A DNA stretch of 63,873 nt, counting the filler. It is 4 parts of 4 records of this genome, joined end to end, with 100 filler letters (N's around TTAATTAATTAA, not from the genome) between each part and the next. Parts side by side here need not be neighbours in the genome. Positions count along the whole stretch, not along the records: positions 31,796 to 58,487 come from SRR2962707_3429; 3 more parts are not named here. The stretch is one strand, 5' to 3'. Below are positions 42,301 to 54,300 of this stretch, piece by piece. A program made the position numbers and the translations under genes. The stretch's first letter is position 1; every line of letters starts with the position of its first letter. Below the pieces are notes generated by a model, which saw nothing but the letters and a program-made list of their open reading frames with translations, searched no databases and was not told where the DNA came from.

Positions 42301-45300
42301 CCAGGTTGCAGTTAGGCTCCGCCTGGTCCTGCCAACCATTGTGGACGGACGAGCGTTGCAGTTTTCGCGTATCACGGTAACTGTGAAGACAAAAGCCATG
42401 GATTCAGCATGTTCAACACACTTTTTTTTCGCATAGTTTGTATTGTGGACAACGACACCAACAGTCACTTGCTTACCGCGGCATTCGCACACAAGCGCTA
42501 CGGTTGCGGCTCAGGACGTTGACGATGGAGCCACAAAGCGACTTTTCTCGTGAATCTGCGTACAACTGAGACAAAAGAAGAGCCAGGCGTGGAGAGTCCG
42601 AGGAGTACGATCCCCATGCAGTCGTGGCTCGAGCTTTAATGCTGCCTTGCAAGAGATGGTACAAAAACAAAAAACCCAGCCCCTGTTGTGCTCCACACAT
42701 CGTCTCGCCACCTGTCCAGACTTTCTGAAGAACTTCAAGGCAACTTCGTCCTCGCAACCCATACACTTCGTTGTAATTCAGGGACAGAAGTTCAATTTCT
42801 CGCTGCAAGCCCTTTGAACGCAAAAGGAAGCGCCGAACAGGAACCTGGGGATGACAAATCATAAAAAAAATAACGTGGCAAGCAAGCAACATATTTCTGC
42901 AGTTCTTGAAGTTCTTTCTTTTAACACAACTCACAGAATTGCCATCGTCAGCGGCACATGACCCATCATCGCCGGCGGCATCGGTCTTGGGAAAGAATGA
43001 GACTGCATACTTGTGTTTGGCATCGAGTGTAATGTACCTTTTCCGTTCACCATCCGAAACAACACAATCACACGTCAGGTGTTACTTTCAAAAAAAAGCA
43101 TGCGGAGTCGACCCTGCTGCACAACGTACGCATGCACTTCGTGTTCTGCCCAAGTGCCCTGTGATTTCTTGAACGAAGCGCGTGGAAGCCCGGGCAAGTT
43201 TTGACACCGATGTTGGGTGTGGTGTTGCCAATTGGATCCACATTTCAAGCAGTTGCCATCACTGAGGTGAGCACTGTCACAATCAGGTCCACAGCCGTCT
43301 GGTCCGCCCTTGGGAACAGACTTACGAAAGTCTCCGAAACTGCAAACGTTGAGGCAGGCAGTGGTGAAAAGGGTGTCAAGTCGGCATTCCACAAAGACGT
43401 GCGGCTACATGATCACAACGTACGCTTCTTCCAAATTGTCATTAATGGAGGCAGGTAGCTGAACCCAAACATTGTCTTTTCCGAAACGTTTGATCATCCA
43501 CACGGCCTCCTCAAGGCCGTCGTCGTCTGAGGGTGCTGTTTCCTTAACCTCAAAACCGAAATTAGCTTGACCGGCCATGTCAACAACACGAAAGTCTTGT
43601 GCATCGACCACAATCTCGTACGTTGATGGGGCATTGGGTGTCCCATTAGTTGCTGTACTGTTAGCAGTGGTCGCGGCGGTCGATCCAAAACTAAACCCAC
43701 CACCACTGGAGCTGGCAGAGTCACTGAAAGCAAACCCGGCCGATTTTGAGGCTGCAGGGGCGCAAACAGTATCGCTTTTGGTCGCGGATGAGGTCGAGGC
43801 TCCCCCCCCAAAGCTGAAACCGCCCTTGCTGGCTGCGGGCTTAGCAGCAGCGCCGCCAAAACCGAATCCCCCTTCACCTGAATGTGAGGTCGAGGCGCCC
43901 CCTCCAAAGCTGAAATCGTCATTGGTGGCTGTGGGCTTAGCGGCAGCGCCACCAAAACCGAATCCACCTTTACCTGAAGATGAAATAGAGGCGCCAGCCC
44001 CAAAGCTGAAACCGCCTTCGGGCGTAGCAGCGGCGCCACCAAAACCGAATCCCCCTTCATCTGAAGGTGAGGCAGAGGCGTCTGCCCCAAAGTGGAGATC
44101 GCCTTTGCTGCCGTCGGGCTGAGCTGCAGCACCACCAAAACCGAGTTCGCCTTCATCTGAAGATGGTGCTTCCCCAAAGCCGAAACCGCCTTCGCTGGCC
44201 CCGGGCTGAACCGCAGCGCCGCCAAAAACGAATTCACTTTGACCTGCAGATGAGGTTGGGGCGTCATCACCAACGCTGAAACCGCCTTTGCTGGCTCCGG
44301 GTTGAGCGCCACCAAAGCCGAACTCAATATTACCTTTGGATGATGTCGAGGCGCCATCCCCAAAGCTGAACCCGCTACTTGTTGCGGGCTGCTGCGTCGT
44401 AGCGCCACCGAGACTCATGCCACCCTTGGTGCCAAAGCAAAATCCGCTCTCGTTCGCAGGCGGGGGAGGTGCGGTACCAACAGCAACAGTTCCACTTCTA
44501 TCTTCGATTGCGGTCAAAGAAGCAGCTGCTTTTTTACGCTGCATCGCAAACACTTTTTCCAGCGTGAGCCTATGCTTTTGAGGGTCCGCAGTTTCAGGAC
44601 CTCGCTGCCCACTTCGACTCGTGGACTTGAAACTGGCCGGCATTTTTGGCGCCCCGAACCCAGTGAAACCACTGTTCGCATTCTTCGCTCGTGACTCTTT
44701 CGACAGCTCTGGCTGAACGCTGGAGCCCGAAACTGGCGCATCCACGACGACCAGCTTCAACAACTGTTTCGGTTCGCTGGCATCATCCACTCCTTCGCCT
44801 CCTGTGTCCGCTTCAGCCCCGCTCGATGTCCCATCATTGTCCACTGTCCCGACTGAATTGATTTTGACGAGCAAATCCTCTGTGTGAAGTCCATCAGCTG
44901 AGGTCACACTAATAGAGAGCACAGCTCCAGGCACCAGCTGAGTTGTCGACCCATGAGTGGCAAGAGCTCGCTTTGCCCGCTCTGACAGTTGCAAAGTAAT
45001 GGTGGGATATCTGCAAGCACACAAAAAACAGCAATGAGCATATTTCTTTCGTCATACACGTTATAACTCTCATGGCAGGCCATTCGTGCGTGTTAAGCGA
45101 CACACGGCCAAGCCGCCACGCACCGCACTCGCATTGCTTCCAGCGAATCCTTGACCTTTTTCCAAATTTTCTTCAACTCGTGGGCACTTTGGTTCTTCAG
45201 TGCTGACACTGGCAACTTTGTGACATCAGCGATCTTTTGGAGTCGACTTGCTGCCAACTCATCGCCGTCAACATCCCCGCTCTCGTCACTGTCGCTGTCT

Positions 45301-48300
45301 GATTCGCTGTGGTCGGTAAGATCGCAAAACGAACCACGCTGTCCGAATCTTCCGGGACAACTATGTCCTAAATGCCGATTAAACGCCACAGAGCACTGTG
45401 TGCACTTTGCATTTTGGTCATGATCATCATTGCAAGTGGAGTCGCATCCACGCTCAATCGGCCGTCCCGACCCCGAGGCAGCAGCTCGCTGCTTATCAAG
45501 TTTGCGAATCCTCTTTTCCAAATCCTCGTAAAACCCATCCACGGGACATGTCATGATCACTGGGTACCTAAAACACACACCAAGATGAAATTTTTCGAAG
45601 CAACTTCCAGGATGCGAGGATTTTCGAAATGCAAAAGAAATGTGCAGACGAACACAGCAGCGGCAGATCCCAGCCGGTCAAACATGTTCGAAAAGGAACT
45701 TAAGCGCTCATCCTTTGCCTGCGGTGGACCGTCGGATACTGGGCAAAACTTGACAGGTGCTCCATCCAGTTCAAAGGACATCGTGCCGCCTTGAAGCGAT
45801 GTGTCAACGACCACTGTGACCACTGAATTTTGTCCGAAAAATAGCACAGGATTGTCTGACACTGTTGCAGATGCAGAGTTGACTGCATCGTCTTGACAAT
45901 CGTCCTTAGTCTTAGTTTTCAGAATTTGAGGTGTTGCTTTCGAGAGCATTTTGCTCGTGTCTGGATCTGGCTTGGGCTCAACAGCAACGGCAATTCTAGT
46001 GCCACGGAAAAACAAGTCGCCATTGGCGTAAAGTGCGATGCTATCAGCGACATGATAATTTCGGGCAAGGGTTGGCAACTGCACATCAAGTCATCGAATC
46101 ACGGACACGTAAGTGCAGTAAGTGCCATCCATTCAAAATACAAATGAACCTCGTCCATTGTCAACTCCGAGCAAGCGAAACGTGCCTGGGATGGCCCAAA
46201 CGAGTTAAAGCGGGCGGTGCACACGCCGACTGCATCGCAGCTTCCTTGGCGTCCGGGCTTGTGGGCAAAGTGGAGATCCCATCGGTGAACTCCTGTGAAA
46301 GGTTCAATGCACATGCCGCCACGAACAGCTTCGACGTCAACACCCCTGCGTTGAAGAAGTTGCATCTTGAGGCGGATTTCATCAAGATGGCTTCGTCCAT
46401 CATCATCCGCATTCGAGACCGTTTTCTTGAGAAAGCCTGCGTCCGGACCCGCGCACATCTCTCTTTTGTTGCAGCAAGATTCGCACAAAAAGCATACACT
46501 ACAGCGCCTGTTGCCCGTTTGTTGGGAGGGGCCAAACATGTTGCACATCTTGCATGATGCCATGCCAAAGCTGTTTGGATTAACACTGCGCCAATCTTGC
46601 AGCTGATGCGTCTGGCCGCGCTTTTTTTCAGCACTAGAATCGTCTCCACCAATGTTGAGCTTGATGGTGAACCCCTACACAATGAATCAATCAAGAACGC
46701 GCTTCAATTGATGCCATACATCTTCGAAAACATTGCAAAGACGGGAAATACGAACTTGATTGTCAAAAGTAATTCGCTCTCCGCGGTGCTCTTCATCCCA
46801 GACCCACGGTATTTCAACGGCTTCTTCCGAATCGTCTTCAGGACCAAGCAACGAACGCCTCTCTTCTTCTTCCCGGCACTGTTGCAGGCGATAGATTTTC
46901 CGGTCAGTCGCCGTGAGCGTGAGTTGGAGAGCTGTCGAGAGGGCTTCAACCACTTTTTCTGCTGCTTGGGAATTGCCAAAAGTGAGCGTGAAGTTCGAAC
47001 CAGTATCTACGGGTCGTAGCGTTGAAAGGACTTTGTTCTTCTGGTAAACAACAAACGTTGGAAACCCTGAAACGCCGTTGATGGCTTCTTGATGCTTTGT
47101 CCAGCGAATCGCATCAGTCTCAACGTGGACAAAGCGCACTTGCCCAAACTGAGCAGCAACATCGTTGACACGCCCAGTGATTGCAGCGCAATCTTTCATC
47201 CAATGCACGTAGTAGTACCTGCAAATCATCCATCGTGGTGAGCGCCAAGTGCAATGGGGGAAAATGGCCTTTCAGGCTGCTTCCGCGAACAAGTTAAATA
47301 ACGCACACGACCACCAGTCTGTGCGCTTCCTTCGGTAGATCGGCGCTCGCGACAGAGATTTCGGTTTCGGGTGGATAGTCGACAATCCCCGCAGCATTCA
47401 AGTCAGCTAACGCGTATGTCGAATTTTCCAGAACATGTAGCAGTTGCTCTTCATTCTTTATGGATTCAACGGAGTCGTACTTCGCTCCAAGCACCTGCAT
47501 TGGGGTAAGAATGTTCAGATTCCACAGTAGATGCTTGACCGAGCAAAAAGGAACATTGCAGCACCTACCGTGTTGTCTTCATAATACACCCACGGTGTGC
47601 CGACGATGCGTGGCGGGGCACAGCATATCATGGAACACTCGCCTGCATGTTTGGCAGCAGTATCAACGGTATCCGTGACTCCGTCAAGGGTTTCAGTGCC
47701 GTATTCGGTAAATTCATTGGGAGCCCGTTCGAGACGGGCGACGGCACGCAAGCAGTGCAGTCTGTTGAAAATTAGCGTGACCATATAATCTGTGTGCTTG
47801 GAGTGGTTGAAGAATAAACTTCGCCTACTTTTCGCAACAGCATGCTGCTCAAGCAATTGCACCTCCTCGTGAAGCCTGCACACGCCACACACAGTAAAAC
47901 AAGCCAGATGATATTACAAAGCAGGTCTGGTAGAACAGAACAGTGCAGCGGCGTCGTTAGTGTGGCAACAATGTCAGTGCGGCAATAACATTCACGACGC
48001 ACTCAATCTGCGTGGTCGCGCTGACGTGCGCAACCTTGTTGATAAACTTGGCTGCCTCGATGGTGAGGTCCCATGGAGACGGCATGGGCGCCTCCATCGT
48101 TGCAAGTGAGACTTTTAGGCGGCACGCATGAGCGTCAGGGTGCGCGTCGTCAACAGTAGCTGACAGCCGATTGAAAACCTGCATGCACAAATCCATAGCT
48201 AAGCGCGCCAAAAACTGGCAAGCGATGCAAAAGTCACGAGAAAAAGAATTGGAAATACCTGCATCCCTTCTGGCGAATATTTTGTGTCGGTGGCGATGGA

Positions 48301-51300
48301 ATCCACCAAATTGCTCACCTGAACCAGGCACCACGAAAAACGAGCAACAGAGATAAAACAGTGTCAAGAACAATACTAGAACACATTGTGCAGCACAAAG
48401 TTCGTCACATGAAGAAATCGAAAACGCGAACTTGCCGTTGCGTAATCACGGTTCAGAAAGCGGAGCAGCAACAGATAGAGTGCCGAATTCACCCCACGAG
48501 TCATCAAAAACGAAAGAGAGAGATGAACTGGATACAGATAGTAGCGCTGAGTCAGAGCTCCATACCATTTCTTGGCCTCGGGACTGGTTCGATCCATTAC
48601 CAAACGAGTAGAAAAAGGCCTGCCTCGAATGGGGGGTCTGACGGGGCACATGACAGGAACCAAGAGCTGTTTTTCGTCTTGGGCATTAGAAAGAATCAAA
48701 GCATGAGGGATTCCTGCGACAAGGCTCGTAATCAACTCATGTCGCGCATTTGTGATGAACAAATCGGCATGATCCAGAGAATACAGGCGCCCACCGCGTG
48801 GCTCAAAAACAAGCTTCAAGCGTGGAAGCTCCACACACTTGATTGGTGCAACACCAAAAAGAATGGTGTCATCGAGTGATGTGGTCAGGTTACCCGCATG
48901 GTGCATGCGGAGGCATTTGTCCAGTGTGGTCCAAGCCGCAATGTACGACAAATTTTCAACCCGTGCAAGTGTGACGGCAATAGAGTGAAGGCTGGACGCA
49001 CGAGGGGCATACCTGGTGCAGCAGCATCACAACATGAGTGAATGCAAAAAGGCGACGCTCAAACCTGTCGGCAACCGAACCATCGCAAAAGCTGTCACGC
49101 ACAACAGATTCACGAGAACTTCCACATCCTCCGGCTTTATCACCGAGGCATCATTCACAACTACGCGCGATCCATCCACGCTTTCTGTGCCAGAATGCCA
49201 ATGAGAATGTGTAAGTGCTTCATGCCCAAAAGTTCCACCGAAGCACTGCAAGGGAGGCAACGCAACACCAACCTCGATGTGCTCCAGCGCCAACTGGTTG
49301 AAGAATTTCCATATCATTTTCGGCCGCTTGCTGGTGAATGGCCTGCACTAGCTCATGGACGGTGCCACAGCGAGCAGAACTTCCCAGCAGATATGCTTTG
49401 TAGCGCGTCAGCATTTTTTCAACATGATCTTCACAACCGCCACAGCTGGTGACATCGCGAAAAGCAGCATGAAAAAAAAGCAGCAACCGCATTTATTGAT
49501 GGAAACGGCAAAAACGATGACGGCTTCAACAACGAAGCAATTCATGTCCTGACGTACTTCATGAACAGTAGCACAAGCTGTTCGAAGTGACCAAAGTGCA
49601 AGCGGTCCTTTTCCACATTGTTGCCTTCTGCACTTCGGGTCCCTCGCCCAGCGGGATTCCATTCTTCGTCTTCATCATCAGTCATTCCTTCCCAGTGGTA
49701 GATCCCCTCACCTTTGTTGGGTTTGCGTTTGGCTTTGCGCATTGTTCGAAGCTGTGTTTCTTTGATGTTCTCTTCACGAGCGTTCGACAGTGCCAACTGA
49801 ATTTGATACCGAACCTCCCCATTTACGACAGCTACCCCGGTGACTGTCGCCTTCAATAAATTCAAAACGTTAGAAACCGTCAGAGAACTCGTTGCCAATC
49901 AACGCCCATCAACTCCCCGATTCTCACTCCAATTCAAGTGCTTAGAAACCTACCGCTACCCAACGCTTCTCACACTCGTACAACACGAGTTGGCCGTGTT
50001 TGAATTTGGCGGCAGCATCGTTATTTCCCTCATCATCCTTGCGACTCTTCCGTGAAACATCTTCTGTTGGCACATCGTCGGGTTCTTTCGTTTCGTCATC
50101 ACTTTCTGAAGGTTGTGCTCGGGTCTCTTTGTGCTCTGGTTTGGGAGTCAGCAGTTGCAGCGACTCAAGGTGCGCTGCTACTCGCTGATGAATTGCGAAT
50201 TGAGCCTTGGCCTTTGATAGTGGAATTCTATACCGGCATAAAAGCACACGTGACTTGGTGACCCCGCTACAACAACCAAAGGAAGCAGAACGAAGATGCA
50301 ATCGGTTCGCACCGAAATACGCGAATGGTTCGCCCTGGCATTTGCGTGCTTTCCAAAACAGCCGCACGGCGCTGCTGTTTGAACACAGAGTCAAACTCGC
50401 CAGCATCTCCAGCACTGGCCGAAACGGAAGCACTGCTGGATGCGCCCGCGCCGAGAAATTCGTTCCAGTCCCCGACTGCTCCAAACTCAATGATAATTAG
50501 ACTGTCTGACTTGGCTTCATCGATAGGATAACCACGAAGTCGCCGATGATATCTGACATTGTGGATATTGACCACACACAATGCGTTTACCTGGGCTGAT
50601 AAGGCCAACCAGTGCATCCCACGGAGGTGGCGAGCGCTTTGCGAAACAATCATTGCACGAACGTGTACTGCTCCAGTAGAGGCTCGGATGATTTCCAATT
50701 GTACTTTGACTCATCTTGCCAAAATCGATACTCAGACAGAATGCAGTCTGGCACAATCCCGAAAAGCAAGCGTTTCGGGATGAAGGTTTCTCGGCCTACA
50801 CACGCACGCGTTGAGAAAGAACATGAACACGCGAAGGTGCTCGCATGCGCGCACAGATAAAATTGCGCCAGCCGCACCTCCAGACAAATTTTGCTCATGT
50901 GTGGCGTCTCGAACAATGACCACACTCTGAGCGTTTCCGGTACGCTGATCGTTGAAAAGCTGGCCGACAACGCCGGTGGGGTACGGCATCCCGGAACCAT
51001 TCTTCCACCAATACGGATCAGGGCCACGACGCCGTGGTTCAGTGCTGCAAACGTGCACGGTTGCAACAACGGGAGCTTAGCTGCACTCCCTGAAAACTCA
51101 CGTGAACAGCGTGGCACAATATAAAAGCGTTGCGGACCTGATCTGCATATCACGCAGAGTGTATCGCGTGTCGGTGGTAAGGTGCAGGCTCCACCACCAC
51201 TGCCGACCGTGAGACAAGCACTCATAAACGTGGACGCATTTCAGGCGTCGAAAGATATACACCAACTTAAATGGCCCTCCCAAATACTGGTGTTCTCCCA

Positions 51301-54300
51301 GAAGCACCGCCATCTCAGCGTTGGCAGGAATTGCCTGCACACATGCAACGCAAAGCACAGACGTGAATGTGGTTGGAACTGTTTTCGAAAACCGTCGCCT
51401 ACAATGATTGCAATAGCAAAAACTTGCCTTCTCAGGCATAAGAAACGTCATTGCCGGAGGCTGGGGTCCATTGAAAAAGGATGTGCGGACAGGCTCAAAC
51501 AGGCTGGCAACCCAGCTCTCGGATGCGAAAAGCTCCGACGGGTCGTAAGTGCGCTCCCATTGATCTGCCATGGGAGCTGTTGACTTTTCTGGAGTGGACC
51601 ACATTGTGACACTGTGTTTTAAACCGACCAGCCGATGTGTCTGCCATGCAACACACGTCGTCAAGGGAGCGAGATGTCAGACAACGCCATGAAAAGATCA
51701 ACACTCGCACCCCAAACCGCAAAGTCCAGCTGCGCGACGACCGAAAATTCCAAAAACAAAAGGCCGAGCTTACCTCACAGTGGATTGCTTGGCTCAACTG
51801 CGAGGCCTGGATTGTTCCACAGGCACCGAATACAGTTTTCATGTCAGGGTGCTGAAGAATCTCAGGCTTCAGTGCCGACAGATGGCGGTTCCTCAACGTC
51901 ATTTGTCCAAGCTGCAAATCAAGCTCGACGCCAACGAAAGCCGAATCAGCTACCTCCCCAACTGGAGTTTCCCACGACGCCTGCCGTGTGAGCTCTGGTT
52001 GAGAAATGCCAACGTCGTCATCAAGGGCGGTTGATGAAGTCGGCTTTTTCAAAATACTAACGCCAACGTTGTCCACATCCTCAGCAGCCACGTTGCTGCG
52101 AGTGGATGCAACAGCGTAGCGCCCACGGCAACGAGAACCCGAGATTTTGCTCCACCGATTTTGTGTATCAGCATGTCGATGAACAAATGCTCCTGCCGCA
52201 GATGTGCTTATCTCAAGAGAAGCTTGCATGGCGCTGTCCAATGGTCCCTGTTTCCTGCCATCGCACCACATGACCAAGCGGCGGCGCTGCACTTTCAAGA
52301 CCTCGTACAACTCGTTTTCCTACGATATCACCAATAAAATGCGAAGGGATAGTTGAGAAATAGAAAATTTCGCCACCAATGGCGGCCGACATTAGTCACA
52401 AGTCACACACCGGAACAAGAAGGTTGCCCTTCCAAGTGTGCCTGGTGGTCAAATAGACAAAACTGGAGAGGATGTTCTTCAAAATGCGGTTAAAGCTCAG
52501 TGAAGCACTGGATTCTGAAGGTAACACATCGCTATGCGAGACAAGCGGATCATCCGGGCGCACGTTGCGCAACACAAGCAGTTTGTGTGTGTGCAGATTG
52601 CACGCAAGCGCTGATTTTGCAGTGAGCAGTAAGTGGTTTGGTCCAGTCTTAGAACTGCTTCCAGCCACGATGTCGCGGTCAAGTTTTTTTAGGTACCTTA
52701 CGACCGACAAAAAGTCAAGGTAAAAAAATTGCAAAACTGGACATCAACCGTCAATTCCTTCCAGCATTGTCACACAAAAAAGCATCCAACGAAGCGCTTT
52801 TCCAAAGACTCACGAATCCAACAAATCCAAAAAACGCCCAAACAGAAGGCTGCGGAGTTTCATGCGGGCACCTTGCAGGATAGCCAACGTCTCATCGCTC
52901 ACGAAAACGCCACGCAATTTGAAGTTATTTGCATTGATTGTTGCATGTGTATTTGTGGTGTGCTTGAGTCACAACATTCACAATCAAGCGTGACATTCGC
53001 ACGCAACATACCTCGCGCATGAGCCCAGTTCAAAAACATACAATGCAAGCCAAACAACATGAACGGATGCAAGCTCGCACCTGGATGAGGAAGGATAGAT
53101 AATTGTCAATGCGGGCGCCGAGACGAATGATGTAGAGAATAATCAAAACGCCGCTATTGAATTGAGAGCCTGAATCATCCGTCACCGTCCCGGTGTCGAG
53201 TGCTAACGCACCTTGCACCAAGCGCATGATGGCATCCATCACAGGCACAGGGCTTTGACAGAGCTCGTTCAAAAGAAGCCCGTACCTATTACGCGGCAAC
53301 ATACTGAGACCAAATTCCAGATTCAGGCACCTGGATGATCACAGCGCAACAGAACACGTACGGGGAAGCCAGCAGATCAGGATGCTTCGTTGGAACCATG
53401 ACTGGAGCAACACCAATCATCCATAGCTTCAGGTGCACGCCCGGCTCAAACAAAACACTGTCCAAAATGAAGCGGAGCTTTTCACTTTCAAGTTTGTGAA
53501 CTCGATCATCGGTTGAGAAAAACGTCACAACGAGCGGCAAACGGAGGTACGGCACTGTGAGATACGAAATTAAGAGTTCCGAGTCTCGCTGTCCAAGCAC
53601 CGCCGGACCATTGTCCTACGGAAACCAACAAATGACATTCGTCAGATGCAATCTAAAAAGGCGATTTCAAGACCGCATGTATAAAAGTCACCACGGACTT
53701 CGTCTTGGAAACCAGGAAGGTTTGGCCGATAAATTACATCATCTTCAGTCTCAACTTTGGGCTCTGGAAGATAGAACGACGGGGTCGCTGTTGATGGGTA
53801 TCGGTGGGTCGGTGGTGGCAGTGCGTTCCCTGCTGAGTCTGTCCGCACTTGCGGTGCGCACGATAACGCGGTGCCACTGAAAGCCTGCACGTTGTACCTG
53901 TGCCAACAAAAATGAAAACGCAGGAGTGCTGTTGTCTCAGAACGGCTGATCCTGGACCGGCAGTTGACGTCGAGCAAGGAGCACAAATTGCTCACTTACG
54001 CCATGCCTTGCCAACCCCACACGAGTTGGCAGTCCATGCGATGAAAGTCCCGCCGTGAACTTGTCAGTGCTGACCGCGCTGCCAAGTCTGGATTCAGCAA
54101 AAACTTCCAGAAAAAGCAAATATTCTGGAACCTGCCATTCAAACGAAAAAACAGCTTGAAAGACGAAAAAAATTATCTTTCACCATCTGAGCAAAGCCTG
54201 AAAGACCAAGCTACCTACGCGCGCAGCTCTGGGTAGTTGACATGGAGAACTGAAACCTGGCAGAGAAAAGTCACCACATTTGTGAATTCCAATCGCACGG

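Noticed and set aside
43690-44450. Regularly spaced DNA repeats as a CRISPR array
   Set aside because: The repeats are degenerate and codon-phased within an FG-coding exon, the spacers resemble each other, and there are no cas genes.
43494-44581. Alternative-frame and antisense ORFs (PPPKLKPP, VSALG repeats)
   Set aside because: By-products of the FG repeat exon.
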